DNA of 64,000 nt from the NCBI RefSeq assembly GCF_006345805.1, contig NC_042997.1, forward strand, positions 97,650,001 to 97,714,000, read 5' to 3'. Shown here in pieces: positions 50,201 to 63,849 of the stretch. Numbering within the stretch: position 1 is the first letter of the stretch; each line of letters begins with the position of its first letter. The DNA is from Octopus sinensis (lineage: Eukaryota). The notes below the pieces were generated by a model, which saw only the letters and a list, made by a program, of their open reading frames with translations, had not been told where the DNA came from and did no database searches. The translations under genes were made by a program, and so were the position numbers.

Positions 50201-50434
50201 TATTTCTTTACTACCCACAAGGGGCTAAACACAGAGAGGACAAACAAGGACAGACAAACGGATTAAGTCGATTATATCGACCCCAGTGCGTAACTGGTAC
50301 TTATTTAATCGACCCCGTAAGGATGAAAGGCAAAGTCAACCTCGGCGGAATGTGAACTCAGAACGTAGGGGCAGACGAAATACTGCTAAGCATTTCGCCC
50401 GGCGTGCTAACGATTCTGCCAGCTCGCCGCCTTG
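50201..50434 (-). mobile_element. Full-length family-A SINE with a 17-bp TSD
   Basis: GCAC(T/C)ATGAACATTACC at 50184-50200 and 50435-50451; head aaggcggcgagctggcagaatcgttagc, tail ccccttgtgggtagtaaagaaata. Confidence 0.92.
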
Positions 50435-50974
50435 GCACCATGAACATTACCGTCGTCACTCTCATTGCATTCTTGTCTACTATAGTAATCATCATCGTTA
50501 GCATCATCAACGTAGTCGTAATCTTTGTCGTCGTCATCATCGTCATGATTATTATTATTACTTAACACGCCGGACAGAGTGCTTTGCGGTATTTCATCCG
50601 TCGCTACGTTCTGAGTTCACTTTGCCTTCTGAGTTCGACTGTGCCTTTCATCCTTTCGGGGGCGATAAAATAAGTACCAGTTGAGTACTGGTCGACGTAT
50701 CATCGTCGTCGTCGTCGTCGTCATCATCATCATTGTTATTATACAGGATTCTGCTCGTGGATCTGAAAGAGGAAGGACGTGTGTTTGTGAGCTGTAAATT
50801 TTTGTTCAATTTTTACAGATAATATTGTTGTATCTGAAAATTTTATACATTTCCGTGACCAAGCTGACTGGGCTCTTGCTGAACTGAGTGGTTAAGCGGG
50901 ACTTTAGCCCTATTGGGCCGAATTTTCAATTTAAATTCTTCATTTATTCATTTTTCAATTTTAAAATTTGCAAA

Positions 50975-52138
50975 ATGTCCTTGGCGAAGAGTATCGGCTC
51001 TTCCTTTCTTCTTGACTTCCCTCCTCTCCTGTTGGAAAGCAGCCAAAAAAGTTTAAAATTGTCTCCGTCCTCTCCGCGCCTTAAAAGGCAGAAAGAGATA
51101 CGACCAAAGTCTTGCTAGGCAGTGCAACGCTGAGCAACAGAAGGAAAAAGAAGAAAAGAAAGGCAAGAAAGATGAGGAAAAGAGTAAGGAAATTCAGCTA
51201 ATGAATGCTGCCAGTTTCGCAACACCTGTGAATCCAAACCCTCCTACTACCACCACTAACACTAACACTAAAACATTGAACACTCAACAGCAGCACCAAC
51301 AAGCCAATGCATTAAATAGCTAAGGATTTGCTTCAATGACAAAGCCTAGAATGAATTCATTAATATTTCTGTAGAATCTCTCAAAGACGACAGAAACATG
51401 TTAAAAAGAAAAAGCAAAAGATGTGTTTCGATTAACACACCTCCAGATATTATAGACAATGCAAACAAACGTACAATTATGTATAAAACTATCTCTTTAA
51501 AAATAGACGTTTACAAACTGCCACAAAACAAGCAGTTGAAAAATGCTATGCAACTCATTTGGAATGACGTAACCTATCTCTCGAGGGGTAAGAAACATGG
51601 TACAATTGAAGTCAGATTTGCAACAAAAGACGTAGCAAAACAGCAGTCAACAGTCCTGCTGAGCTTGTCCTTGTTCCAACATACTTGGGACGGAGAGTCG
51701 CCAAGATAAAAATACTGGAGATACCACCAGAAATGAACGCTTGCTGGATTATCGCAGCCGTCCTCTTCGACTTGGAAGCTAAAATCAGAATCATCCAAGT
51801 CGAGAAACAAGGAAAGAAAACAACTGGACTGGTCAGGAACTGCAAATAATGGTCCAAATAAACCAAGACGTTTTGGAACAAATTCCTGACCAAATCAGCC
51901 TTCCAGACGGCACTATGCTGAACGTCACAGTTGAGAACAGAAGACCAAGATGTTATCAATGCGAACAGAATAACCACCTGAAAGCCTTCTGCTCACAACT
52001 AAAACGGAAAGAGGGCACTACCCCCCTGATACAAGCACCACCTACACCACAACTGAAGCAACCCCAACAAAAGCAACCCCCACAAAAGAAGAAACCCCAC
52101 GAAAAGAAAGCAGAGAGGGCTCCAGCTAAAGCACCACC

Positions 52139-52186
<48 letters not shown>

Positions 52187-52580
52187 TACACGAGAGACAA
52201 TAATACCAACAACAATAGAGGCGTTGACCACAACCACCACCACAGCGCCTACAAAAACATCAACGCAGCTCTTGCCAGAGGAACAAAATGCATCATCAAA
52301 TTTCGACCCACTGGAACGACCCCTTCCCGACTCTGACCACTCAGACATGTCGTGCAGAAAGGCCAACAGAATTGAGTGGACAGAAGTCACACGTAAAAGA
52401 CTAAGAAAAAGGCACAACAGTACACCAACAAATAAACAAGCTGTACCCACCAAAAAGCTTCCAAATCCCTCGAAAACAATAACAACAGCACACCAACACC
52501 CACGCTTCCAAAACCTTCACCAACACCACCACTACCAACACCAACAGTACAAGGCACAACAGGGTCAACACAAAAAGTAA
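50975..52580 (+). pseudogene. LINE ORF1 (nucleic-acid binding, zinc knuckle), broken
   Basis: RRPRCYQCEQNNHLKAFC (C-x2-C-x4-H-x4-C); RGKKHGTIEVRF; Pro/Thr-rich tail; frameshifts and stops. Confidence 0.85.
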
Positions 52581-52772
52581 ACAAAATAACAAAAACGCCA
52601 CAAAACTTACTGTCATAAACACAGACAACAGAAACTTACTATTTATACATAAAGAAAAATACAGACATCAAAATGACTGACTTTGTCCCCCCCCCCCCCC
52701 ATGTGGTGAAGAAAAAAATCTTGTTAAAGGGCAAATCTTATTTAGAAACATTGCAAAAAAATAAATAATTAA

Positions 52773-52819
<47 letters not shown>

Positions 52820-52836
52820 TAATAATAATAATTATT

Positions 52837-52867
<31 letters not shown>

Positions 52868-53049
52868 TAATAATAATGATAAAGATATTAACTACATAAA
52901 ATTTATTATGAATAGAATGTGAATTATGTCGTGGGAGTGAGTGGTGTTGGATGTACGGTAAATAATTCCTGACATGTTTTGACCTTATTAGACCTCATCT
53001 GCCACCACTCATATAGGTACTTCGAATATCACAACATACATCATAAAAT

Positions 53050-55380
53050 CCTAATTTTCACAGGTGAATGGAGGCTTTCAACTGGTTGGACACTTTTAAC
53101 TGTCTGACGTACCGACTGAATTTCCCGAATGTGACAATGTGGACATGAGCAAACCGCATCAGAACATCCAGATCGTATCTAGATAGAGTATTTTGCAGGT
53201 CTTTAGATAGGGAGAGTATTAGTTGTCCACAATTTCAAATAGTCGGCTACATAAATTATAAATTGGTGACCTTAAAGTCGACTTCGATAGCATACATAGT
53301 CAGGGCCCCGGCTACTGGAAGCTGAACACGTCAGTACCGGCGTGCCAAGCTTACAGAGACCGGATTAAAGAGTGAGTTTAGAAAGCTTTGCCGGTGGGCC
53401 ATTTCAAAGGATGGATTTTACTGCCTACCTCGATGGTCTGCTACGACTCTCAGCAAGAGATGCGGAGTGTTGCGAAAGGCCAATAACAATTAAGGAATAC
53501 GGGACGAGATAATGGGCTGCGCAGGGGAAAAATCGCCGGTATTAGATTGTTTGCCCTACGAGCTTTATTCTAGTATGCCAGACTTATTTGCAGGCCTCTT
53601 GGCAGATATCTACTGCAACTAGCAACAGAATGAGAGAATTCCCTAATCTGTTAGCTGAGGAGTAGTGCTATTGCTGAGAAAAGATCCCAACAATGGTGAA
53701 GTATTAGATAAGTTTTGGCCTATCATTCTGCTTAATGCAAACATGAAAATTTTGGCCAAAGTATTAGTGAAGAGGTTGGCACTCGTCGTCGAGAAACTGG
53801 TTTGAGACGCACAAACATGCGCCGTCCCAAACAGGTCCATCCACGACAACCTCCACCTCATGCGCTACATCGTGGATAGGGTAGTTTAAAAACCTGGCAT
53901 GGGTGGGGATCTGATCAATTTAGATCAGTCAAAAGCCTTTGATAGGGTTGACTATCAATATCTGGCAGCTGCCCTCATGGCGGGCGATTTCGGTCCGGTT
54001 TTCCACGGTTGGATCGCTGCTATGTACAGCGACATCTGCTCAGTAGTCCGGGTGGATGGTACCTATCAGAACCATTCAACATCGTGCGTTCGGTCCATCG
54101 AGGGTGCCCCTTCTCATCCCTTCCATGTGTACTGACCCTCGAGCCATTATTTCGGAAACTGGAGACGTTGAGAGGCATCTCGCATGAACTAGGAACATGG
54201 TAGAGTTGTGTTGACATATGCAGACAACGTCACCGTCATAGTGTCGGACGACAAACACATAGATATGACCGACAGCGCTGTAGGACATTGGACGGTCGGG
54301 CCTGTAAAATTGCTCGGGATCTGCCGACCGGACTTCCAACTGGAGAAGAACTGGAGCGAGGTGACGAGCAGGATAGCCATTTTCACCCAGTAATGGGCCG
54401 AGAGAAAGCTTTTCTTGAAATGTCGGGCAGAAGTGGCGAACACATACGTCGCCTGAGTCATTTACTACCGCCTCACCGTCGTGCCTTGCCCCAGTTTGTA
54501 CCTGGTCAAGCTGGAGCGTTTGCTTTTCCGCCTTTTATGGAAGAGAAAGACTCCGCTGGTCAGGTGCTCCATCTGCTGTCAACACCCTATGAACGGTGGG
54601 CTTGGTATACCGTGGCTATTGATGCGCAGAAATGTGTTGAGGCTGCAACACACCCAGCATTTCCTCGACGACGGTGAGCAGGTGTGGTCGCAGTTTGTCA
54701 GACTCGCTTTCCTGCAGCTCGTCTCTTTGAATTAGCTGCAATCTTGGATCAAACGTAGAGCGAGGCTGGGCGATGCAGTTAGTGGAAGTTCTAGTATGGC
54801 GTTGTATAGAGGGTTAGTGGTGAAAAGAAACAACGACGTTCTTGGAGAGACAATAGGCATCGATAAATTTCAACTCACCAGTCTATTCTGGAAGACTTTC
54901 GGGCCGGGGCCTAGGGATAACTTCCAGAAATCCCTGGCCTGGCAGTGCTACAGCGGGGCTTTGCCTGTTCGAGATAAATTCTACAGGTACGGAAGAGCCA
55001 TCGGTCAGACCTGCCCGAGATGTGGGCTAAGTGACGAAATCGTTCTGCACGCACTCGTCCATTGCCCGAGCATATCTGATATATGGGTTTATGTCGAACA
55101 CCTGCTGTCACCTATAGAACGTGTCCGCTTGCTGGCTGATTCCATCAGAAGATTGCCCCGCCGCCTTCCTTTGGCCGGCAAGGAAAGGCAATTTTCATCT
55201 GTCTTGTAGCTGTAACGAAAGAGGTTGTATGGTGGTCTGGACTGAAAGAGCTGAAAACAAATACTTTTCTCTTTGTCCTACCCCTCATCAACTTTTTCAG
55301 ATACCATCTGAAAGGAAAGTGAAGGTTGAGAGAGAAGTGTGCCTACTTTGTGAGCCTACTTTGAGCATGCGCTTTTGAGT
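53050..55380 (+). pseudogene. LINE ORF2 (partial endonuclease, reverse transcriptase, zinc finger), broken
   Basis: GPGYWKLNTS; GKSP.LDCLPYELY; WPIILLNANMKILAK; LDQSKAFDRVD; RGCPFS; LTYADNV; CPRCGLSDEIVLHALVHC. Confidence 0.92.
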
Positions 55381-55689
55381 TTCTAAGGCTGAGAAAGAGA
55401 GAAAGATAGGGAGCGAGCTCTTGCAGAAAATACACAATCGCCTCGACCCTTAGGTCGAGGCGATTGTGTATTTTTCGTGGGGTCCCCATGAGAAGCCCTG
55501 AGTTGCTTGCCTCCTTTAGACATTTTCTTTGTTATAGTTTTCATTGTTATCGACTTTTTTTCATGACACTTTATGTAAACCCCACTTTGTCCTTCATGTT
55601 TTGTAATGTCCAGTCTCATTTTTGTCGGCCCTTGTGGCTAATGAAGAAAGGATTATTATTATTATTATTATTATTATATTATTATTATT

Positions 55690-55752
<63 letters not shown>

Positions 55753-55773
55753 TTATCATCATTATCATTATCC

Positions 55774-55828
<55 letters not shown>

Positions 55829-55882
55829 GATTGCCATCATCATCATCGTCGTAGTCATCATCATTATCATCATCATCATCAG

Positions 55883-55917
<35 letters not shown>

Positions 55918-56296
55918 CCATCATCATCATCACCACTACCACTCCCGCTACAATAACAACATCATCAACACTTGTATTACCAATAGCAATAAAGGCAGTT
56001 AATATCAATTATGCAGCACGTCTCTACTACACACGCGCGCGCACGAACACTCATAGAGTGCGCGCGTGCGCGTGTGATAGGGGGAGAGAGTGAGAGAGAG
56101 AAAGAGTCTTTTCCGCTGCACTCCATGAAAATAAATGTGTTAACCTGTTCAACAATGTATGCTAGCAACCATACATCTTCGATTCAATTATAAATATTGA
56201 TTTCATACGGAGGTAGTCAGTCAGTTAGTCAGTCGGCTTAGTATGTATAGAGAAGTGGTATAAGTGACTGAAATAACTCTCATTAAATGTGTCAGG

Positions 56297-57700
56297 GAAG
56301 CCGCGAGCTGGTGGAATCGTTATCACGCCGGGCGAAATGCGAAGCGGTATTTCGTCTGCCGCTGCGTTCTGAGTTCAAATTCTGCCGAGGTCGACTTAGC
56401 CTTTCATCCTTTCGGGGTCGATTAAATAAGTACCAGTTACGCACTAGGGTCGATAAAATCGACTTAATCCGTTTGTCTGTCCTTGTTTGTCCTCTCTGTG
56501 TTTAGCCCCTTGTGGGTAGTAAAGAAGTAGGTATTTCGCCTGCCGCTACGTTCAGAGTTCAAATTCCGCTGAGGTCGACTTTGTCTTTCATCTTTTCGGG
56601 GTCGATAAATCAAATACATGTTACGCACTGGGATCGATGTAATCGACTTAATCCGTTTGTCTGTTCTTGGTTGTCCCCTCTGTGTTTAGCCCCTTGTGGG
56701 CAATAAAGAAATAAAAATAGTACCAGTTGAATACTGAGGCCAATGTAATCAACTAGCCCCCTCGAAAATTTCACGTCGTGTACCTACAGAAAGGATTATA
56801 TATATATATGTGAATCAAGGCGGCGAGCTGACGGAATTGTTAGCATACCGGACAAAATGCTTAGCAGCGTTTTTTCCGGCTCTTTACGTTCAGAGTTCAT
56901 ATTCCACTTAGGTCAACTTTGCCTTTCGTCCCTTTTGGGGTTGATAAACTAAAGTACCAGTCAAGTAATAGAGTCAATGTGTGACCTGGTACCAAAAATT
57001 GAAACTGTTTTGAAAGGTGGCGAACTGGCAGAGTCGTTAGCCCGCTGAACTTAGCGGCTCTTCTGGCTCTTTACGTTCTGAGTTCAGACGTCGGGGAGGT
57101 CGATTTTGTTCTTCGTCTATTCGGGTGTCTATAAGATAAGTACGAGTTGAGCAATGGGGGTCAATGTAATCGACTAGCCCCTTCCTGAAAATATCAGACC
57201 TTGTACTTATATTAGAAAGAATTATATGAGTTAGACAAGGCGGAATTGTTATGCATGCAAAAAAAAAAAAAAGGGTAAAAATGCTTGGTGGTATTTCTTC
57301 CGGCGCTTTGCATTCTGAGTTCAAATGCTACTGAAGTCGACTTTACGGTCTGATGCTTCGGGGCTGATAAAATGAGTAGCTGGGTTGATAAGATAAATGA
57401 GTATCAGTTGAGCAAGAGTGAGTATCAGTTGAGTGACCGACTCCTCCCCTTTAATACTGTTGGCCTTTTGCCAAACTTAAAAAGAACTATACCTGATAGA
57501 GCATCTCTTATCAAGAGAAACAAGTTGACAGAGTTGTTAGAGTACTGGCGCTCCACTGCCATGCGGTAGTTGTCTAGACTCACTGCGCTTTGAATTCAAA
57601 TCCATCCAAAGTCAACAGTAGCCCATCGTCCTTTAGAAACTGATAAAGTAAGTATCCAGCTTGAGCAGTGGATTGACAAAAGTATTCGAAGGATGGGTTT
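56297..57700 (+). mobile_element. Cluster of at least six head-to-tail or nested family A/B SINE copies of varying age
   Basis: Repeated gcgagctg..gaat.gttagc heads and gttctgagttcaaat..gtcgactttgcctttcatc bodies at ~56300, 56530, 56820, 57015, 57235 and 57560. Confidence 0.85.
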
Positions 57701-58564
57701 TTTTTCTAGCTCTATGGGTATTTGTTCCAAGTTGGTAGCCTTATACATTGGATAAACATTGGTAGCGTGCAGAGAGGAGGCTTGCATACACGGATAACTG
57801 TTAGTCTTCTTTAAAAAATCTTGTCCAGGCTTGCACGTACATCTGCAGATGCAAGGTCAATGCTGACCATCGAAAACCTTAAAAATTACTACCATGAATT
57901 AAATAGCACTGGTTTAACTGATAGCGCCAGGTAATAGTCGGTGACTAAAATAGCAACATCACTTTGGGGCAGAGAAAGTAGCATAGCTAGGGGTGAGGGG
58001 CGGTCCGTTTCGCGTGACGCTTTTATGGGATCGGCACTTTGGAGCCGATTGTACTTGCCTGTATAGACTGTATAGGCCTCATGCAGGGTGCACCAAATTC
58101 AAGGGCTGTTCTAGGCGGCACAGACTCCAGCTACGCCGTGAGCAGGGGTTGCCAACGCGGTGTCCGTGGAACCTAAGCGCTCCTACAACGGTAGAACAGA
58201 GTCTCTGTAAATTTTGTTTGAAATGTTAAAAAATTAGATTCTAAAACTCACAATCACTCCGTTACACAGAATTATTCTGATACATACAGCTTTTGACTGA
58301 GATATAAAATTGAAAACGAGTGTGTTTGTCTTCGGGAAAAACGGATTTGATTTTCGAAATCTACGTCCCAAAGAGAGGGTTTCCGGTAAATATTAATAAT
58401 AGAATATAATTTTCTACGAGAAACAGTTCAACTTTCAGGTAACCAAATCAACCACTCCTTATCTCTATCAGCAGAATCTGAACTTAGTGTGAAAAGACGG
58501 ACGAAATACCACTAAGCATTTTGTCTGGCGTGCTAACGATTCTATCAGCTCGCCATCATTTTGC

Positions 58565-58816
<252 letters not shown>

Positions 58817-59234
58817 CTGTTCTTTATTATAAACTCAGGCTGGATTTGAACTTTGGATACTGCAAGGGTTTAAAACTTTTGTGCTCTGCCCTTTCCACCT
58901 CTATATCAGTAATTTTTCAATTGTGAATGCTTAATTTTATCTCTTGGCTGGGGGCCAGCAATTTAAACGGAGTAAGTGGCACCCACTCCTGCCCCTCCTT
59001 ACATTTTCATTAATTATTTTATTAACTTTGTAGATAAAAAGTAAAGCAGACAATTAATGAAACACGAATTGCTCGAAGTCACGTGGTCTAGTTCTACTTT
59101 TTCTAAGTTTCAGCCGCACAGTAAATATTTACATTGAGACAAGAGAAAACTACTCAGGTACACGCTCTGTATGCAAATGAAATAGTAAAGTTAGTGTTAA
59201 TACAGTAAATGGAATAGGCCAAAACATTTTAATT

Positions 59235-59460
59235 AATTCTTTCTCGTTTTGGAACAAGGTTAGCAATTTTGAAGTGGAGTGGGGGTGGGAGTCGATTATA
59301 CCGACCCTGGTACTTCAACGGTACTTAATTTTATCGAATCCGAAAGGATGAAAGGCAGAGTCGGTCTCGGCGGAATTTGAACTATGAACATAAAGCGTCG
59401 GAAGAAATTCCGCTAAGCATTTTTGTCCAACATGCTGACGATTCTGCCATCTCGCTGTCT
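59235..59460 (-). mobile_element. Family-B-type SINE
   Basis: Reverse complement of gcgagatggcagaatcgtcagcatg...gttcaaattccgccgag..gactctgcctttcatcctttcg. Confidence 0.75.
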
Positions 59461-59493
59461 TTTAAATTCAACTTTCAATTAATTTAAGTTACA

Positions 59494-59558
59494 CATGTGG
59501 TGAAGAAAAAAAATCTTGTTAATCTGATTTAGAAACATTGCAAAAAAAAAATCAAAAT

Positions 59559-59602
<44 letters not shown>

Positions 59603-59722
59603 AGATATTAACTACATAACATTTATTATGAATAGAATGTGAATAATGTCGTGGGAGTGAGTGGCCTTGGGTGTACGGTGAATAATTCCTGACATGTTTT
59701 GACCTTATTAGACCTCATCTGC
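59494..59722 (+). repeat. Direct copy of the block at 52700-53002
   Basis: catgtggtgaagaaaaaaa(a)tcttgttaa...gaatagaatgtgaa.tatgtcgtgggagtgagtgg...gaccttattagacctcatctgc. Confidence 0.9.
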
Positions 59723-61322
59723 AATCAAGTGAAGTCTTTTAGTAGCACTATCAGGCAAAGCTAATCATGCACACACGTGTGTGTCTATGTATGTATGTAT
59801 GTATGTATGTATGTATGTATGTATGTATGTACATACGTACGTACGTATGTATGTATGTATGTATGTATGTATGTATGTATGTAGGTATGTATGTATGTAT
59901 GTATGTATGTATAAGGAGCGTGTGTGTGTGTATGTGAATAAGTTCTGAATATTAATTTCAAGTTAGCTTACCATTCAGTGTTTAATCTCTATAAATCTAT
60001 ATTCTATTTGAAATGGTAAAGACTTTCATCTAATCCGTTAGATATATAGCCAAATATAATATAAACAAAGAACACAAAAAGAAAAACAAATAAAAAGCTG
60101 ATACAATGGGTTTATTGTAATCTCCTAGTTCTGGGTTAATAGCATAAAATTTAGTAATAAATATATGTAAGTAATTAAAACTTGTATGGCTGTGTAGTTA
60201 AAGCGTTCGCTTTACATCTACGTGATTCTAAGTTCGACCCCACTGTATGTCACTATAGGGAGGTGTCCTTTACTTCAGTTCCAGATCACGAATGTGAGTA
60301 AAATTTGTGTGTGTTTTATGTTTGTGATCACGTTTAGCAGTGTAAAATGAGATACCGTATTTTCGGAATGAAAAGTCGAGTTTTTACAAACCCAAACTTA
60401 CAGCCGAAATAATGGTACGGCGACTTATACAGTAAAGCCGACGTTGGAGGACAAAGAATTCCATGTGAAATGCCACAGGATTTGGAAAGATAGCAACACA
60501 TGAGAACATTTCTACTCGAACACTGACATCTAACAAAATAAATGTTGATTGAAAGAACATACGCTTGATGTTGTTAAAATAGCGGAGCTACAAAAACATT
60601 TCTATACATGTTTTTTGACTAGGAAATTCGCTTCGCAATCGCGTTCTTTTGATCTCAGTCATACTGCGCAGTACCCCGGGCAAATTCACTTACAGTATCT
60701 TGCGAGAGAATTTGGGAACTGCAGGGGCATGTTGTTTCTACATACATACATACATACATACATACATACATACATACATACATACATACATACATACATG
60801 CATACGTACGTATGTACATACATACATACATACATGCGCATGTGTATATACATGTTCATATGAAATACCTAATTATTTCACTTCTCTACTCCCATAATTT
60901 AATAACTGGTCTATTGTTTTTTTAGCAGTTGAAATATGTGACAAACTTACCTAAATCCGCATACATATATATATACATATTAATAAATAAAATAAAACAT
61001 ATGCATATATATAAACATACGTGTACGTACCTACCTCTACATGTACATATACACGCATATATGAGTACAGGACACCAAAAGGACGTCGAACACAATGAGA
61101 AACGAAAACATAGACACAAACCAAAGGAACTGGACATTTTTTTATATATATATAAAACTCAACGTGGATATTTTGTTTGAACGCACAACACTGCAGTATT
61201 TACCTTGAAAAAAAAAACCTCTCATATGGACGCATGCTGCATAAAAGTACACTTATATCGTTGGTAGATGAGAATTGTCTGCTATAGGGCGGATCACGTT
61301 ATTTTGACGTATTGCATCACAT

Positions 61323-61528
61323 CAGTGACAACCACCAGCTAGCCACATACCAGTCAAATCTCAGTGACAACGATATATAGAATTCCAGTGATTTTTCAAA
61401 CTCTGATATAGCAAATAGCTCTGCCGCTAGTAATTAAATTTTAATAAGTCTGCTAGCTATTTGCAACATCAATGCTTGAAAAGTCACTGGAATTCCTTAT
61501 ATCGTTGGCAAGCTGTCACCTGTCACTA
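61323..61528. mobile_element. Small palindromic MITE-like element
   Basis: caacgatata..gaattccagtga.ttttcaa....tgat.t.gcaaatagct on both strands (61368-61507); outer AGTGACA/TGTCACT. Confidence 0.65.
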
Positions 61529-61765
61529 AAGTGACGTAGTACTTCGAAATCACGTGATCCCGCAGCTCCGGGCTATCGTAACAGAATATTCTCGTCTGCT
61601 AACGATATAAACGTGTGTGCTTTTATGCACCATACTGCAGTATTCTCCATGAGGTTCCCACAAAAGTGAATACCTACCATATTCTGCGTTCTAACAAAAC
61701 ATCCACCATATATAAAGTTTACTTTTGGTATTAATACTGCTTCTGTCACAATAATAATAATAATG

Positions 61766-61798
<33 letters not shown>

Positions 61799-62019
61799 TA
61801 ATAATAATAATAATAATGATAATAATAATAGTAATATAACAACAAAATAACAACAACAACACTACAACAATATAAAAATAATAATAATAATAATAATAAT
61901 AATTAATATTATAATTATTATTATTATTATATATTATTATTATTATAGAGAGTATTATTATTATTATAGAGAGAGAGATGCACATACAGTATGCATACAT
62001 ATAGATAGAAGAAAGAAAG

Positions 62020-62113
<94 letters not shown>

Positions 62114-62573
62114 GATGTGTATATCCTGTTTGAGTGGAAAGAATATTCACAAGTGAATTCGCCACTTATATCAAAAAGATATGCCTTTCGAAGAAAAGAA
62201 AAAGAAAACCGCATAAGAAGTAATGAAATAAAGAGAAGTGAGTAGAGCACATGCGAATATTCTTTCCACGCAAATAGGATAATCACATCATGTAAATAGT
62301 TTTACGACTGGACGAGACAGGAATACACATTATTATTTATGTGTGTATATATATTTTGTCAGTCCCCTATAATTTTATTTTATGTTCTTTGTTTTAGCTT
62401 CACTCCTTGAACACGCATTGTTATTGTTTTACAGAATAGAGTAAGTGGAGCAAGAGCACACTCGAAAACGAAAAATGTCCCTGAAGAGGTCACAGAGGTA
62501 TGACGAAAGATTTCCGGACAATGGACATGAGTCAAACATAAAAACAGTAATAAACGAGTGAAGAACAGATATA

Positions 62574-63008
62574 GGATCTTTTCGGCTTGAACGGCAGTTT
62601 TTAACATAATTTCTAGGTAACTAAAAAAATTTTAACTTCGTATACTGGTAGAATGTGTTTATAAAACATCTTTTTCTCTTGGCTTTATTGATAAAATTCT
62701 ATGGTTTGTAAGATATTTGTTGTTTTTTTTCTTCAATTTCTGCAATTTCAACCAATCACTGACGTCTATTGAGGTAAAAAAAAACACTTTGTGCCGTATG
62801 AATATGTCCCTCGTTTAAGAAACAGATTGGGTTTATTTACATTTGTGAAGAAAAAAAGATACCCTTCCCCCACCCCTAACCTTAACCCTAACTAACACTA
62901 ACCCTAAATCAGATTGAAATGCGATAGATCGATACTAGGGTCATAATTATGGGTGACAATTACATATGACACCGCTAGAAAAAACTGCCGTTCAAATCGA
63001 AAATATCC
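62574..63008. mobile_element. Merlin-like MITE, 435 bp, perfect 8-bp TSD
   Basis: GGAT(C/A)TTTTCG..TTGAACGGCAGTTTTT TIRs; CAGATATA at 62566-62573 and 63009-63016; shares aacttcgtatactggtagaatgtgt with the 10.3-kb element; empty site at 21001. Confidence 0.9.
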
Positions 63009-63585
63009 CAGATATATAGTGCGTGTGCTTATTTGTCAAAAAAACAAAAAAAACAAAAACAAACAAACAAACAAACAAAAAAACAAACAAACAGGAAGAC
63101 CATCCTGAAATATAACAATAACAATTCTATATTTATTTTATATTCTTTTATATCTATTTATTATCTTCGTTGTTACAATTATCACCCTCGGTCATTTTTT
63201 AGTTTTAGTTTTTGGTTTCATTATATTTTTGTTGTTGTGAAGGTTGTGGTGGTGTTAATGATATTTGTTCTCTTATCATCACTATATATATATATATATA
63301 TATATATGTTACCGGTAAGAATAATTGATCATGCACATAACCTTCATAAATGGTTCAAATAACATCTAGACTGGCTTGAACAGTAGCATTTATTTAAAAT
63401 ACTCTTTTTCATCTTCTGCAGAATAAGTATATTCATTGAACGATATCACGCCTTGTATGCTCTGGCTGACCGTGCGTAACAATAGTACGGACGTTTTACT
63501 GAAATTAATTATGTGCCTCATATGATGAGGCCAGTTAATAGTAGAATGTTATAAAGTTAAAGTCTTGTTAGTTACAATGATGATA

Positions 63586-63587
63586 AC

Positions 63588-63685
<98 letters not shown>

Positions 63686-63686
63686 A

Positions 63687-63723
<37 letters not shown>
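63586..63723. repeat. (CTAT)n microsatellite
   Basis: Direct reading. Confidence 0.95.
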
Positions 63724-63725
<2 letters not shown>

Positions 63726-63787
63726 ACACACACGCTCTCTCTCTCTCTCCCTCTCTCTCACTGTATTTCTGTCTCTCAACAACAACA

Positions 63788-63849
<62 letters not shown>

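Larger units (their letters stand above)
50880..55660 (+). mobile_element. Near full-length decayed Tx1/L1-clade LINE
   Basis: ORF1 with CCHC knuckle; ORF2 with WKLN motif, RT domains and C-terminal zinc finger; 3' UTR and (ATT)n tail; 5' boundary uncertain. Confidence 0.9.

Noticed and set aside
49573-50355. 260-aa proline-rich ORF
   Set aside because: Made of low-complexity CT/ATC tracts and an antisense SINE
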